From positions 33,762-97,761 of the forward strand of contig JAFUIP010000007.1 in NCBI GenBank assembly GCA_017468435.1: 64,000 bases of DNA, given 5' to 3'. The notes below the pieces were generated by a model, which was not told the DNA's origin, made no database searches, and saw nothing but the letters and a program-made list of their open reading frames with translations. Made by a program: the position numbers and the translations under genes. Positions 1-10,807 of the stretch are shown here, piece after piece. How positions within the stretch are numbered: the first letter of the stretch is position 1; each line of letters begins with the position of its first letter. The DNA comes from Bacteroidales bacterium. Lineage in GTDB: Bacteria; Bacteroidota; Bacteroidia; Bacteroidales; UBA1402.

Positions 1-1
1 G

Positions 2-664
2 CTCGATGCTATTTTGGATGAACTCCATCGTTTCGATGTGGTGGTGCTTATTCGTGGCGGCGGCGCGACGGCCGATTTGTCTTGCTTCGACAGCTATGAA
101 CTCTGTGCGGCTTTGGCGCAATTTCCCTTGCCCGTATTGACGGGAATCGGTCATGAAAGAGACGAGTCGGTGGCCGATCTGGTGGCATTCAAGGCGCTGA
201 AGACGCCCACGGCCGTGGCTGAATTTCTCAACAGAAAAATGACCGATCAGTGGGAACAGCTGTCGGATTACGCTTCTCGGCTCAAGTGGATGGCCGCCGA
301 GAGTGTTCATCGTCAGCAATTGGGTCTGCAAGATTGTTTGATGCGTGCTAAATTATTGACAAACAAATCTTTGCACGAGCAGCAACAATGGCTCTCCACG
401 CTACAGGAACGCTTGCATCATCGGAGTCTTTTGCCATTGCAGCAGGCCAAGCATCGTTTGGAATTGCTCAAGAGCGAGCTTCGTCTGTATAATGTTGAGG
501 AACAGCTGAAAAGAGGCTACAGTTTGACACTTCGTCAGGGCAAGATTGTCAAGTCGGTCACGGCGCTTACAGCGGGCGATTTGATTGAAACGCGTTTTCG
601 CGATGGCGTGCTGCGTTCGCAGGTAATCAATGAGGATGAAATCAATGAAGAAGTGATCCGTTAA
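2..664 (+). CDS. xseA: Exodeoxyribonuclease VII large subunit, C-terminal portion (5' end outside the window)
   Basis: The frame is open to the window edge. 'VVLIRGGGATADLSCFDSYELCAALAQFPLPVLTGIGHERDESVAD' is the conserved XseA core. The small-subunit gene follows. Confidence 0.85.
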   Translation, partial: LDAILDELHRFDVVVLIRGGGATADLSCFDSYELCAALAQFPLPVLTGIGHERDESVADLVAFKALKTPTAVAEFLNRKMTDQWEQLSDYASRLKWMAAESVHRQQLGLQDCLMRAKLLTNKSLHEQQQWLSTLQERLHHRSLLPLQQAKHRLELLKSELRLYNVEEQLKRGYSLTLRQGKIVKSVTALTAGDLIETRFRDGVLRSQVINEDEINEEVIR

Positions 665-694
665 GAAGATGTTAATTAATTGAAAGACAATATT

Positions 695-901
695 ATGGCA
701 AAGAAAGAAAATATGACCTACAAGGCTGCGATGGCAGAATTGGAGTCAATCATGAAGATATTGGAATCGGGTCAGCCCGATGTGGACGATATGGTGAAGC
801 ATGTGCAACGCGCCAGCGAACTGATTGCTTTCTGTCAGCAAAAACTCACCAAGACGGAAGAAGCTATCGACGCTATTTTCAAGGAAAAGGAAGAAAAATA
901 A
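695..901 (+). CDS. xseB: Exodeoxyribonuclease VII small subunit
   Basis: Small helical protein ('YKAAMAELESIMKILESGQPDVDDMVKHVQRASELIAFCQQKL') directly after xseA. The ATG at 695 is preferred over the TTG at 680. Confidence 0.8.
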   Translation: MAKKENMTYKAAMAELESIMKILESGQPDVDDMVKHVQRASELIAFCQQKLTKTEEAIDAIFKEKEEK

Positions 902-964
902 CTTCCGAACGGACCGAACGAGAATAGGCAATTCATCAATTTAGTAAATATCAAAGTTTTGAAG

Positions 965-2062
965 ATGAAAAAGATACAAGTAATCACATTGTGTATGTGG
1001 CTGTCGTTGACGATGATGGCGGCAAAGCCCGTGAAGAATGTTATTTTTATGATTGGCGACGGTATGGGTTTGAACCAAGCTTATGCGGCTGCGATGGTGA
1101 AGGGCGAACCTTTGGTGATGATGTCTCAGGCTGAGGCTATTGCCTTGCAGGAAACTTATTCGGCCAATAAAAAAGTTACCGATTCGGCGGCCAGCGGAAC
1201 GGCTTTGGCTTGCGGTGTCAAAACGAAAAACGGCATGATTGGCATGGATGCCGACAGCAGCCGCGTAGAATCCATACTTCGTTTGGCCGACAGAAACGGA
1301 AAATCAACCGGCATTGTGGTGACTTGTCATTTGTTTCACGCCACGCCTGCGGCCTTTTTCGCGCAAAATGTTGCCCGAGGCAATTACGAAGAAATTTCGA
1401 GAGATCTGCTCACTTTCTCGCCCGACGTTTTTATTGGAGGCGGAGCTAAGTTCTTGAAAGACAGAAAAGACGGATTTCCTTTGGCAGAAGAATTGCAGGC
1501 CAAACAACATCAGCTTTTTTATAACTGGGACGATATGAAACAGTCGCAAGCTTTTCTTGCCGGACATCCTGAAAAGCAGGGTTCTCTGATGGGCTTTTGC
1601 GCTGAAGAACATTTGCCCGATATGCTGGAAGGTCGCGGCGATTATTTGCCCCAGGCCGTGGCCATGTCTATCGATTACCTGAGTCGCGACAAAGACGGAT
1701 TCGTCCTGATGGTGGAAGGTTCTGCCATCGATTTTGCTTGTCATTCAAGCGATGTGTCCGGCTCTGTGGCTGAAACGCTCGATTTCGACAAGGCGGTGCA
1801 AGTGGCCATTGAGTTTGCCAAGAAAGATAAAAACACCTTGGTGGTGGTGACCGCAGATCACGAAACAGGCGGGCTTTCTGTATTGCAGAAAGAGGATTAT
1901 CAGGAAGGTAAAACATTGAAACATAAATTTACCACCACCGGACATACGGGCGTTCCTGTACCTGTTTATATATATGGTGCCGGTGCTGAGGCTTATCCTG
2001 CGTTTATGCAAAACTCAGATCATAAGGCTATTATGTCTCGTTTGATGAAATTGAAAAAATGA
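965..2062 (+). CDS. Alkaline phosphatase family protein, secreted
   Basis: Signal peptide, then 'IGDGMGLNQ' and 'TDSAASGTALACGVKT' (phosphoserine motif) and 'TADHETGG'. The ATG at 965 lies inside the ORF that opens with TTG at 959. Confidence 0.85.
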   Translation: MKKIQVITLCMWLSLTMMAAKPVKNVIFMIGDGMGLNQAYAAAMVKGEPLVMMSQAEAIALQETYSANKKVTDSAASGTALACGVKTKNGMIGMDADSSRVESILRLADRNGKSTGIVVTCHLFHATPAAFFAQNVARGNYEEISRDLLTFSPDVFIGGGAKFLKDRKDGFPLAEELQAKQHQLFYNWDDMKQSQAFLAGHPEKQGSLMGFCAEEHLPDMLEGRGDYLPQAVAMSIDYLSRDKDGFVLMVEGSAIDFACHSSDVSGSVAETLDFDKAVQVAIEFAKKDKNTLVVVTADHETGGLSVLQKEDYQEGKTLKHKFTTTGHTGVPVPVYIYGAGAEAYPAFMQNSDHKAIMSRLMKLKK

Positions 2063-2799
2063 AAAAGTTTGCCATCATCGTGGCCGGTGGTAGCGGAAAA
2101 CGAATGGCTGCCCAAGTGCCGAAACAGTTTTTGCCTTTGAACGGAAAGCCCATCCTCATGCATACATTGGAGGCTTTTCATGCTTACGATGCCGATTTGC
2201 AATTGGTCTTGGTCTTGCCCGAAGCGCAGCTCGATTATTGGATTGAACTCTGTGAACAACACGGCTTTACCTTGCCGCATGCCATCGCCTTTGGCGGAAA
2301 AGAACGTTACGATTCGGTGAAAAACGGCCTTTTGATGGTGCAGCAGCTTCGTGGCCCGCAACAGGCTTCGCAAGCGGAAAAGGCTTTGGTGGCAGTACAC
2401 GATGCCGTGCGTCCTTTCGTGGACAATGCGCTTTTGGAACGTTGTTATGCCAAGGCGGCCGAAGTGGTGGCCGTGGTGCCGGTGCAGCCCTTGGTGGAGA
2501 GTTTGCGTCGCTTGAAGCCGGATGGTGGAAGCCAAGCCGAAGACCGCAGCCAATTCTGTCATGTGCAGACGCCGCAAGTCTTCGATGCCGATGCCCTTTG
2601 GGAAGCTTACAAACGTCCTTACCGGGACGATTTTACCGACGATGCTTCTGTAATGGAGGCTGCCGGCTATACGATTTCTTTAGTGGATGGTTGGCGTAGA
2701 AATATTAAAATCACCACGCAAGAAGATTTGGATTTGGCCAACTTCTGGAAAAGTTGCGAGGCTCAAGAGAAGATTCGAGAAGCCCAAGAGAAAGGCTAA
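2059..2799 (+). CDS. ispD: 2-C-methyl-D-erythritol 4-phosphate cytidylyltransferase
   Basis: N-terminal 'AIIVAGGSGKRM...PKQFL' and 'VHDAVRPFV', 'QTPQVF', 'DDASVME' motifs. ATGA overlap with the upstream stop codon. Confidence 0.85.
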   Translation: MKKFAIIVAGGSGKRMAAQVPKQFLPLNGKPILMHTLEAFHAYDADLQLVLVLPEAQLDYWIELCEQHGFTLPHAIAFGGKERYDSVKNGLLMVQQLRGPQQASQAEKALVAVHDAVRPFVDNALLERCYAKAAEVVAVVPVQPLVESLRRLKPDGGSQAEDRSQFCHVQTPQVFDADALWEAYKRPYRDDFTDDASVMEAAGYTISLVDGWRRNIKITTQEDLDLANFWKSCEAQEKIREAQEKG

Positions 2800-2819
2800 A
2801 AATCCTAAGAAAACAAGCC

Positions 2820-4916
2820 ATGGATTTAAGGCAAGAGTTGACATATCTGAAAGGCGTGGGTCCGTCTCGCGCCGAGATTCTGGCAAAAGAGTTGAATATC
2901 TGTTGCCAGGAAGATTTGTTATACTATTTCCCGTATAAATACATAGATAGGAGCCGCATTTACAAGATTGCCGAGCTGCAATCGGGCATGCCCTACATTC
3001 AGGTGTGCGGACGAATTTTGGATTTTCGCATGGAAGGCGAGGGCCGTGGAAAGCGATTGGTGGCACGCCTGGCCGACGATACCGGCATTCTGGAACTGGT
3101 TTGGTTCAAAGGCGTCAAATATGTGGAAAGCCGTTACAATACGAAAGATCTTTATTTGGCATTCGGCAAGCCGGCGCAATTCGGCAATAAAATCAGTCTG
3201 GCGCATCCCGATCTGGACGTAGCCAACGAAGGTAATCTGCGCATTCTTACCGGCGGATTGCAAGCCTATTACAGCACGACCGAGAAGATGAAAAACAGCT
3301 ACCTGAACAGTCGTGCCATCCAAAAGATTATGGTGTCGCTCTTTCAGCAGATGAACGAACGTTTGCCGGAAACCTTGCCGCCTTATCTGATGGAACGTCT
3401 GCGCCTGCGTCCGCTGAACGAGGCTTTGCGATTGGTGCATTTTCCCACCGATTCTGCCTCTTTGAAAGAAGCTCGCTATCGTCTGAAGTTGGAGGAATTG
3501 CTTTATCTGCAACTGCAAATCTTGCGCTTCGCCAGACAAAGAAGCCAGAAACTGAAAGGATTTCCCTTCAAAACCATAGGCGAACATTTCAATCATTTTT
3601 ATCATCATTGTCTGCCATTCGAACTCACCGGCGCGCAAAAACGCGTGTTGAAGGAGATTCGTGCCAATGTGGCCGGCAATGTGCAAATGAACCGCCTGAT
3701 ACAAGGCGACGTGGGCAGCGGAAAAACTTTGGTGGCGCTGATGTCTATGCTGATGGCTATTGATAATGGTTTTCAGGCTTGTATGATGGCTCCCACCGAG
3801 ATTTTAGCGCAGCAACATTTTGCCAATATTTCCCGATTCCTGAAAGATATGCCCCTTAAAGTGGCATTGCTCACAGGCTCCACCAAAAAGAAAGAACGTG
3901 AGGCCTTGCACGAGGCATTGCGTAGCGGCGAGTTGAATATTCTTATCGGAACGCACGCGCTCATCGAAGATACGGTGCAGTTTCACAACCTGGGCTTGGT
4001 GGTGATAGACGAGCAACATCGTTTCGGCGTGGTGCAGCGCAGCAAGCTCTGGGCCAAGAACGTGACACCTCCGCATGTCTTGGTGATGACGGCAACGCCT
4101 ATTCCGCGCACCTTGGCCATGACGCTTTATGGCGATTTGGATGTGTCGGTCATCGATGAGTTGCCGCCCGGCAGAAAGCCCATTCAGACGGTGCATCGTT
4201 ACGAGAATCAGCTGGCCGATCTGTATCGTTTCATGCACGAGGAATTGCAGCGCGGACGGCAGATATACATTGTTTATCCGCTTATCGAAGAGTCGGAACG
4301 TTCTGACTATAAGAACCTGAAAGATGGTTTCGACCATATTTGCCAAGCATTTCCCGAGGTGAAAGTGGGCATGGTGCATGGCAAGATGAAGCCCGCCGAG
4401 AAAGATGAGCAAATGGCGCTGTTTTCTAAGGGCGAGACGCGTATTTTGGTGGCAACCACGGTGATAGAAGTGGGCGTTGATGTGCCGAATGCTTCCATTA
4501 TGGTGATACAGAATGCCGAAAGATTTGGACTATCACAGCTTCACCAGTTGCGTGGACGTGTGGGCCGTGGCGCCGACCAATCGTATTGCGTGCTGCTCAG
4601 TTCCTTCAAGCTGTCTGAAGACGGCCGCAAGCGCATTGAAATCATGACTTCCACCAACGATGGTTTCGAAATTTCCGAAGCCGACCTTAAACTGCGCGGC
4701 CCGGGCGACATCGAAGGCGTACAACAGAGCGGCATTCCCTTCGACATGAAGATTGCCGACCTGGCTCGCGACGGGCAACTCATTGAATACACGCGCAATT
4801 TGGCCAAGCAGATTTTGTCGGAAGACCCAGAATTGGAGAAGCCGGAAAACATCATTCTCCGAAGGGAACTTAAAAAACGTTATGCCCACAAAATCAATTG
4901 GGGAGTCATTAGCTGA
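2820..4916 (+). CDS. recG: ATP-dependent DNA helicase RecG
   Basis: 'GDVGSGKT' (Walker A), 'VIDEQHRFGV' (DEQH box) and 'LHQLRGRVGRG'. The start is taken at the internal ATG (MDLRQELTYLKGVG), downstream of the ispD stop. Confidence 0.9.
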   Translation: MDLRQELTYLKGVGPSRAEILAKELNICCQEDLLYYFPYKYIDRSRIYKIAELQSGMPYIQVCGRILDFRMEGEGRGKRLVARLADDTGILELVWFKGVKYVESRYNTKDLYLAFGKPAQFGNKISLAHPDLDVANEGNLRILTGGLQAYYSTTEKMKNSYLNSRAIQKIMVSLFQQMNERLPETLPPYLMERLRLRPLNEALRLVHFPTDSASLKEARYRLKLEELLYLQLQILRFARQRSQKLKGFPFKTIGEHFNHFYHHCLPFELTGAQKRVLKEIRANVAGNVQMNRLIQGDVGSGKTLVALMSMLMAIDNGFQACMMAPTEILAQQHFANISRFLKDMPLKVALLTGSTKKKEREALHEALRSGELNILIGTHALIEDTVQFHNLGLVVIDEQHRFGVVQRSKLWAKNVTPPHVLVMTATPIPRTLAMTLYGDLDVSVIDELPPGRKPIQTVHRYENQLADLYRFMHEELQRGRQIYIVYPLIEESERSDYKNLKDGFDHICQAFPEVKVGMVHGKMKPAEKDEQMALFSKGETRILVATTVIEVGVDVPNASIMVIQNAERFGLSQLHQLRGRVGRGADQSYCVLLSSFKLSEDGRKRIEIMTSTNDGFEISEADLKLRGPGDIEGVQQSGIPFDMKIADLARDGQLIEYTRNLAKQILSEDPELEKPENIILRRELKKRYAHKINWGVIS

Positions 4917-4932
4917 TAAAGGAAAAAAGCAG

Positions 4933-4940
4933 TACTTTTG
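4933..4940 (+). promoter_or_regulatory. Bacteroidota-type -7 promoter box (TACTTTTG) upstream of the DUF1599 gene
   Basis: Exact match to TAnnTTTG, 48 nt before the ATG at 4988. It is followed by a 7-bp inverted repeat, TGCCTGC...GCAGGCA (4941..4963). Confidence 0.45.
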
Positions 4941-4987
4941 TGCCTGCAAAAATGCCGCAGGCATGAAGCGGTAAAAATTGAATCATT

Positions 4988-5527
4988 ATGACAAAGACCA
5001 ACGAACAGTTCGATGCTGTGGTGGCATCATGCAGAAGTGTATTTGCCGACAAACTGAAAGACTACGGCGCATCGTGGCGTATTTTCCGTCCCAGTTCGCT
5101 CACCGATCAGTTGTTTACCAAGACCAAGCGTATCCGCACCCTCGAAACGACCGGCATCAGCAAGGTGGGCGAGGGCATCGTGCCCGAATTGATGGCATTG
5201 GTAAACTATGGCATCATCGGAATGATACAGCTCGAAAAGGGCTTTGTCGATAAGGTCGATATGACAGCGGCGCAGGCCTTGACGCTCTACGACGAAAAGA
5301 TGGCTTCCACCCGCGAATTGATGTTGGCCAAAAACCACGATTACGGCGAAGCATGGCGCGATATGCGCGTTACTTCGTACACCGATTTTATCTTGACGAA
5401 ACTCAACAGAATCAAGGAAATAGAAGACAACGAAGGCCAGACCTGCGTGTCGGAAGGCATTGATTCAAATTATCAGGACATCATTAATTACGCCATTTTC
5501 GGTCTGATCCGATATCAATTCAAATAA
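4988..5527 (+). CDS. DUF1599-like conserved Bacteroidota protein
   Basis: Recalled family resemblance ('KLKDYGASWRIFRPSSLTDQLFTKTKRIRTLE'), with an internally duplicated half ('HDYGEAWRDMRVTSYTDFILTKLNRIKEIE'). Confidence 0.55.
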   Translation: MTKTNEQFDAVVASCRSVFADKLKDYGASWRIFRPSSLTDQLFTKTKRIRTLETTGISKVGEGIVPELMALVNYGIIGMIQLEKGFVDKVDMTAAQALTLYDEKMASTRELMLAKNHDYGEAWRDMRVTSYTDFILTKLNRIKEIEDNEGQTCVSEGIDSNYQDIINYAIFGLIRYQFK

Positions 5528-6846
5528 TGAACAAATTTCACCGTTCCATAGCGCTCATTGCCCGCCTTGTATTGGGCTTGACATTCCTTTTCTCGGGCTT
5601 TGTCAAGGCTGTTGACCCCATGGGAACGGTGTATAAGATACAAGATTATTTAGAAGCCTTCTCTTGGCATTTCTTCGAAGAATACGCGACGGCTCTGGCG
5701 GTGTTGCTTTTCAGTTTTGAAATGCTTATCGGCTTCTCGCATCTTTTCGGTTTCCGCCAACGATTGACTGCCCGAGTTACCACGCTTTTCGTTGTGGCCA
5801 TGACGCTGCTCACGCTGGTTATTGCCATCACCAATCCGGTGAGCGATTGCGGCTGTTTTGGCGATGCGGTGAAACTGACCCATTGGCAGACTTTCGAAAA
5901 GAACATCATTTTGCTTTTGCTTGCACTGATATTGCTTCTGTACAAGGGCGAGCTTTATCACACTTTTGGCAAACGGACGGCGCCGGCGGCCTTTATTCTG
6001 AGTATGATTGTGCCTCTGTTTATTGCCACTTATAGTCATCATCAATTGCCTTTCATCGATTTTCGTCCATATAAAGTAGGTTCGCATTTGCCTTCGCAGA
6101 TGATGGTGCCCGAAGATGCGCCGCAAGATTCTTTTGCCGTGACCTTCATCATGGAAAAAGATGGCAGACGCAAACATTTCAGCGAAAACGAATATCCTAG
6201 CGATACGGCTTGGCATTATGTCGATAGAAAGGAAATTTTAGTGCGCAAGGGCTATCAGGCTCCCATTAAAGATTTTGTCATCATTCATTCGCAGGAGGGC
6301 GACATCACCATGCAGGTGCTGAGCGATACATCCTATGTTTTTTTGGTGTCCATGCCTTACTTAGAAGATGCCGATGCAGCCTATATGAACGATGTGTACG
6401 AACTGCAGGAATATGCCAAGCGGCATCATTATCCCTTGTATTTGCTCACGGCTTCTTTGCATCAAGAACAACAAAGATTCGCATACGAATACAACTTGGA
6501 TGCTCCATTTTGCCTCAGCGACGAAATTGCGCTCAAGACCATGGTTCGTTCCAATCCGGGCGTGGTGCTGCTGAAAGATGGCGTGGTGTATGCCAAGTGG
6601 TCGGCCGAGAATATTAATGGTTTTATTCATTATACCGATGGAGAAAGCCTTGCACAGAAATTTTTGTATCATCAGCCAAGGTATATGAAAAATACCATCG
6701 AGACGGTGTTGGTGCTCGGACTGATTGTCATGGCGTATTTCATTGTCTCTGTGTTCCGCGCCATCTCGCTCATAGTGACATTTTACAGAAAAAGAAGATT
6801 GAATCGTTTAACCCATGGAGCCGTAAAGGAAGGCTCTGATAATTAA
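5527..6846 (+). CDS. DoxX/MauE-like polytopic membrane protein with an extra C-terminal soluble domain and terminal TM
   Basis: N-terminal '[20 protein letters not shown]' and a 'SDCGCFGD' motif across four TM helices. TAATG overlap with the upstream gene. Confidence 0.5.
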   Translation: MNKFHRSIALIARLVLGLTFLFSGFVKAVDPMGTVYKIQDYLEAFSWHFFEEYATALAVLLFSFEMLIGFSHLFGFRQRLTARVTTLFVVAMTLLTLVIAITNPVSDCGCFGDAVKLTHWQTFEKNIILLLLALILLLYKGELYHTFGKRTAPAAFILSMIVPLFIATYSHHQLPFIDFRPYKVGSHLPSQMMVPEDAPQDSFAVTFIMEKDGRRKHFSENEYPSDTAWHYVDRKEILVRKGYQAPIKDFVIIHSQEGDITMQVLSDTSYVFLVSMPYLEDADAAYMNDVYELQEYAKRHHYPLYLLTASLHQEQQRFAYEYNLDAPFCLSDEIALKTMVRSNPGVVLLKDGVVYAKWSAENINGFIHYTDGESLAQKFLYHQPRYMKNTIETVLVLGLIVMAYFIVSVFRAISLIVTFYRKRRLNRLTHGAVKEGSDN

Positions 6847-6859
6847 ATTATTATTTAGA

Positions 6860-7615
6860 ATGAGAAAGAAAATTGTAGCAGGTAACTGGAAGATGAATAA
6901 AAACCTGCAGGAAGGCCTTGAACTGGCTAAGAATCTTGATGCCGTGCTGGCCAACGAAAAAGTGAATTGCGATGTGATTATCGGTACTCCTTTCATTCAT
7001 TTGGCAAGTGTTTGTGCTGCTGTCGATACCAATCGTCTTGGCGTGGCTGCTGAAAACTGTGCTGATCATGTATCGGGTGCTTATACCGGTGAAGTTTCTG
7101 CCGAAATGGTAAAATCTACCGGCGCTGAATATGTTATTCTGGGTCACAGCGAACGTCGTGCTTATTATGGCGAAACTCCCGAAATGTTGAAGACCAAGGT
7201 GGAACTGGCTTTGGCCAATGGTTTGACTCCTATTTTCTGCATCGGCGAAGTTTTAGAAGAACGCAAGGCCGGTGAGCATTTCAATGTGGTGAAGGCTCAG
7301 ATCGAAGAATCGCTTTTCTCTTTGAGCGCCGAAGATTTCGGTAAGATTATCTTGGCTTACGAACCTGTTTGGGCCATCGGTACCGGCGAAACGGCTACTC
7401 CCGAACAAGCCGAAGAAATTCATGCTTTCATCCGTGGCGTTTTGGCCGAAAAATACGGTCAGGAAGTGGCCGACAATTGCTCTATCCTTTATGGTGGCAG
7501 CTGCAAGCCCTCAAATGCCAAGGAATTGTTTGCCAATCCCAATGTTGATGGTGGCTTGATTGGTGGCGCTTCTTTGAAGGTAGAAGATTTTATGGGTATC
7601 GTTCGTGCTTGGTAA
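6860..7615 (+). CDS. tpiA: Triosephosphate isomerase
   Basis: 'VAGNWKMN', 'ILGHSERR', '[11 protein letters not shown]' and 'ILYGGS' motifs. Confidence 0.95.
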   Translation: MRKKIVAGNWKMNKNLQEGLELAKNLDAVLANEKVNCDVIIGTPFIHLASVCAAVDTNRLGVAAENCADHVSGAYTGEVSAEMVKSTGAEYVILGHSERRAYYGETPEMLKTKVELALANGLTPIFCIGEVLEERKAGEHFNVVKAQIEESLFSLSAEDFGKIILAYEPVWAIGTGETATPEQAEEIHAFIRGVLAEKYGQEVADNCSILYGGSCKPSNAKELFANPNVDGGLIGGASLKVEDFMGIVRAW

Positions 7616-8579
7616 GGTGCTTGTAAAATTTAAAAGAATACTGAAAACCGCCACGCCGCGGGCATTTAAAACGATATGGTGGATCTTTAAGATAACGGCC
7701 ACCGTATCGTTTGCCATTTTTATGCTCAAATACACGGGCATACTTACTTGGATTTCTACTTTGGTCAGTCCTGTGTTCTCGTGGTTCGGCTTGCCGGGCG
7801 ATGCAGCCATGGCATACGTGAGCGGTTATTTCATCAATGTATATTCCTGCGTGGCTGTCATTTCTACCCTCGAACTGACGGCGCGCGAAATTACCATCTT
7901 AGGCACCATGTCATTGGCGGCCCATGCCATGGTGGTGGAATCGGCGGTGCAACAGAAAACCGGAACGGCCATGTGGTACAGTTTCCTGGTGCGTACCCTC
8001 GGTTCGGTGCTTTTGGGGTTGGGCTTGAACTGGGTGCTTCCCGGACGTCCCGACATGTTGCAGGCTTCGGCGCTGAGCTTGGCCGAAGTTCCTTTCTTCA
8101 ATTTGCAGGGCGCATTCTGGCCGCTCTTCTTGGATTGGGCCATCGGATTGATTAAACTCGGTCTTTGGATGACCTGCCTTATCTGGGCGCTGAACGTGAT
8201 ACAAAGGTCGCTCTACGAGTTCGGTGTGATGAAAGCCATTTCACGCTTTTTCAAACCATTGCTCATGCTTTTCGGCCTGCCGGAAAAATGCTCCTTCCTT
8301 TGGATCGTGGCCAATATCATCGGTTTGTCCTACGGCTCGGCAGCTATTTTCGACGAATTGTCGCGAGGCAATCTCAATAAACGTGAAACCCATTTGCTCA
8401 ACACGCATATCGGCATCTGTCACAGCAACTTGGAAGACTTGCTTCTCTTTGCGGCTTGCGGCGGTATGTGGTGGGTGATGCTTCTTGCGCGTTGGGTCAT
8501 CGTGACAATATTCGTTTGGATGCTTCGTCTTTATTTCCTGATATCCAGCAATTCTATTTCGAAGATCAAGGTAGAATAA
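7605..8579 (+). CDS. Polytopic membrane protein, possibly nucleoside-recognition (Gate) domain family
   Basis: Hydrophobic multi-TM sequence with a GTG start. The family assignment is from memory only. Its last 49 nt overlap the convergent FKBP gene. Confidence 0.4.
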   Translation: MLGKVLVKFKRILKTATPRAFKTIWWIFKITATVSFAIFMLKYTGILTWISTLVSPVFSWFGLPGDAAMAYVSGYFINVYSCVAVISTLELTAREITILGTMSLAAHAMVVESAVQQKTGTAMWYSFLVRTLGSVLLGLGLNWVLPGRPDMLQASALSLAEVPFFNLQGAFWPLFLDWAIGLIKLGLWMTCLIWALNVIQRSLYEFGVMKAISRFFKPLLMLFGLPEKCSFLWIVANIIGLSYGSAAIFDELSRGNLNKRETHLLNTHIGICHSNLEDLLLFAACGGMWWVMLLARWVIVTIFVWMLRLYFLISSNSISKIKVE

Positions 8580-8947
8580 GCTGGAATATCTTTGCCGCAA
8601 TCTTGTGCGCCGTAGCCAAGAGGATAAGGAATCCACACCATCCAGCGCGAACCAACGTTCATGGCTTTCAAGGCATCCTGAAATCCCTTAATCAACTGGT
8701 TGACACGGAAAGTTTCCGGTTTGCGGCGTTTGAATGAATTGTCGAATTCCTTGCCGTTGATCAACTTGCCGCAGTAGTGTACCAATACCTTGTCTTTTCC
8801 CGTTGGACGAGCGCCTTTGCCTTGTTTCAGTACCTGATATTGGACTCCCGAAGAGAGAATGCCTACGTCCGGATTCTCTGCGTTTTCTTCGAGAAAGGCC
8901 TCGTTCTTGGCCCTGTATGCCTGAATTTCCTGGAATGTCTTTGCCAT
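8531..8947 (-). CDS. FKBP-type peptidyl-prolyl cis-trans isomerase
   Basis: 'VLVHYCGKLINGKEFDNSF', 'VNQLIKGFQDAL', 'IPYPLGYG' and '[12 protein letters not shown]' are canonical FKBP motifs. Confidence 0.85.
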   Translation of the reverse strand: MAKTFQEIQAYRAKNEAFLEENAENPDVGILSSGVQYQVLKQGKGARPTGKDKVLVHYCGKLINGKEFDNSFKRRKPETFRVNQLIKGFQDALKAMNVGSRWMVWIPYPLGYGAQDCGKDIPAYSTLIFEIELLDIRK

Positions 8948-8996
8948 ATCTTGATAGTTTTGTGTCTGATAGCTTTACAAAAGTATAAAATTGTTG

Positions 8997-9004
8997 TACC
9001 TTTG
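8997..9004 (+). promoter_or_regulatory. -7 promoter box (TACCTTTG) for the POT transporter gene
   Basis: Exact TAnnTTTG match, 53 nt upstream of the ATG at 9057. Confidence 0.45.
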
Positions 9005-9056
9005 CTCACAAAAGATGTTCGATAAATCATTTATTTAACAATTAATTATAGTTCTT

Positions 9057-10724
9057 ATGTTTCAATTCGTTTCGAATCTGTGGGAAAACAATCGCCCGAT
9101 GGCTATTCTTATTGCCATTCTCATTGTGGTGATTCCCTTCATGATTTTCTACATCAACAAGGCTCGTAAAGAGCATCCTAAGGGATTGATTGCAGCCGCA
9201 TTGAGCAACATGGGAGAACGTTTCGGCTACTACATCATGAATGCCGTTCTCTTGCTCTTTATCTGCTCGAAGTTCGGTATCAGCGACGCAGCTGCCGGTT
9301 GGATTTATTCCGTATTCTATTTCTTGATTTATGTGCTCAGTCTGCCCGGCGGTATCATTGCCGACAGAACGCAGAATTACAAGGCTACCATTATTTCGGG
9401 TCTTTTGGTAATGGCTCTCGGTTATGGTATTTTGTCTATTCCTGTTTTCGCTGCCAACACCGGTTTCTCATGGGTACTCGTACTCACTTGCATCGCCCTG
9501 TTTATCATTGCTTTCGGTAATGGTTTGTTCAAGGGCAACTTGCAGGCTCTGGTGGGTCAGATGTACGACAATTTCGAAGCTGAGGCTGCCAAGAAAGGCC
9601 CCGAGGCTTTGGCTGCTGCCAAGGATAAACGTGATGCCGGTTTCCAGATTTTCTACGTGTTCATCAATATTGGTGGTGTGATTGCGCCTTTCATTGCGCC
9701 TTTGCTCAGAAGCTTCTGGTTGAAAGTGCACGATCTGGCGTACAATTCCGACCTGCCTCGTCTTTGCCACATGTATATCAAGGACAATGCTTCTATGGCT
9801 GCCACCGATGCCGAAAACCTTCAGAAATTGGCTCAGGAAGTGGGACATAGCGGCGCTGTAGATGCTGCTTTCTGCAATAGCTATCTTGAAATTTTCAACA
9901 CGGGTGTTCACTTCTCGTTCATCGCTTCTGTGGTGGCTATGCTCATTTCTTTGTTCATTTTCATTGCCATCAAGAAGAGATTGCCCAATCCTGCCAAGAA
10001 GGAAAAGAAGGCTGTGGCCGACTATACGCCCGAAGAAAGATTGGCTAACGCTAAGGAGATCAAGCAAAGATTGTATGCTTTGTTCGCTGTATTGGGCGTG
10101 GCTGTGTTCTTCTGGTTCTCATTCCATCAGAATGGTCAATCGCTCTCAATTTTCGCTCGCGACTTTGTGACGACGGCAGCTATTCCACCGGAAATCTGGC
10201 AATGTATCAACCCGCTGTTCGTGATTATCCTGACGCCTATCATCATGTGGATTTTCGGTGCACTCGCAAGCAAGGGAAAAGAAGTGTCAACGCCTCGTAA
10301 GATTGCCTTGGGTATGTTCATCGCCGCTTGCTCTTACATCTTGCTGATGATTGTGGCCATCGCTTACAACTATCCTTCAGGCGATGACTTCCGTGCGCTC
10401 AGCGATGCTGTGAAGATGGGCATGAAGTCGAGTCCGATGGTGCTGATTGCCACTTATTTCTTCTTGACCGTGGCCGAGCTTTTCATCTCTCCGCTGGGTC
10501 TGTCGTTTGTTTCGAAGATTGCGCCTCGTCACTTGCAGGGTATTTGCCAAGGTTTGTGGCTCACCGCTACGGCCATCGGTAACCTCTTCATTGCCTTGGG
10601 TGTGACCATGCTCAACTCTTTCCCTCAACAATGGATGTGCTGGGCCGTGTTCGCCGGTTTCTGCCTCATTTCTATGGGCGTGATGCTCGGAATGGTAAAA
10701 TGGCTCGAACGTGTAGCTAAGTAA
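9057..10724 (+). CDS. Proton-dependent oligopeptide transporter (POT/PTR2 family)
   Basis: PTR2 signature 'GERFGYYIMNAVLLLF', 'GGIIADR' and about 14 TM segments. Confidence 0.85.
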   Translation: MFQFVSNLWENNRPMAILIAILIVVIPFMIFYINKARKEHPKGLIAAALSNMGERFGYYIMNAVLLLFICSKFGISDAAAGWIYSVFYFLIYVLSLPGGIIADRTQNYKATIISGLLVMALGYGILSIPVFAANTGFSWVLVLTCIALFIIAFGNGLFKGNLQALVGQMYDNFEAEAAKKGPEALAAAKDKRDAGFQIFYVFINIGGVIAPFIAPLLRSFWLKVHDLAYNSDLPRLCHMYIKDNASMAATDAENLQKLAQEVGHSGAVDAAFCNSYLEIFNTGVHFSFIASVVAMLISLFIFIAIKKRLPNPAKKEKKAVADYTPEERLANAKEIKQRLYALFAVLGVAVFFWFSFHQNGQSLSIFARDFVTTAAIPPEIWQCINPLFVIILTPIIMWIFGALASKGKEVSTPRKIALGMFIAACSYILLMIVAIAYNYPSGDDFRALSDAVKMGMKSSPMVLIATYFFLTVAELFISPLGLSFVSKIAPRHLQGICQGLWLTATAIGNLFIALGVTMLNSFPQQWMCWAVFAGFCLISMGVMLGMVKWLERVAK

Positions 10725-10750
10725 TGTGAGCCTTTGCTCGTAAGAATATG

Positions 10751-10788
10751 AAAGAGGCCGGGTTAAACATATTTGACCCGGCCTCTTT
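10751..10788. terminator. Hairpin between convergent genes (candidate bidirectional terminator)
   Basis: Perfect 13-bp stem, AAAGAGGCCGGGT ... ACCCGGCCTCTTT, lying between the POT transporter stop and the pfkA stop. Confidence 0.6.
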
Positions 10789-10807
10789 CGTGCTACAAAG
10801 CATCATC

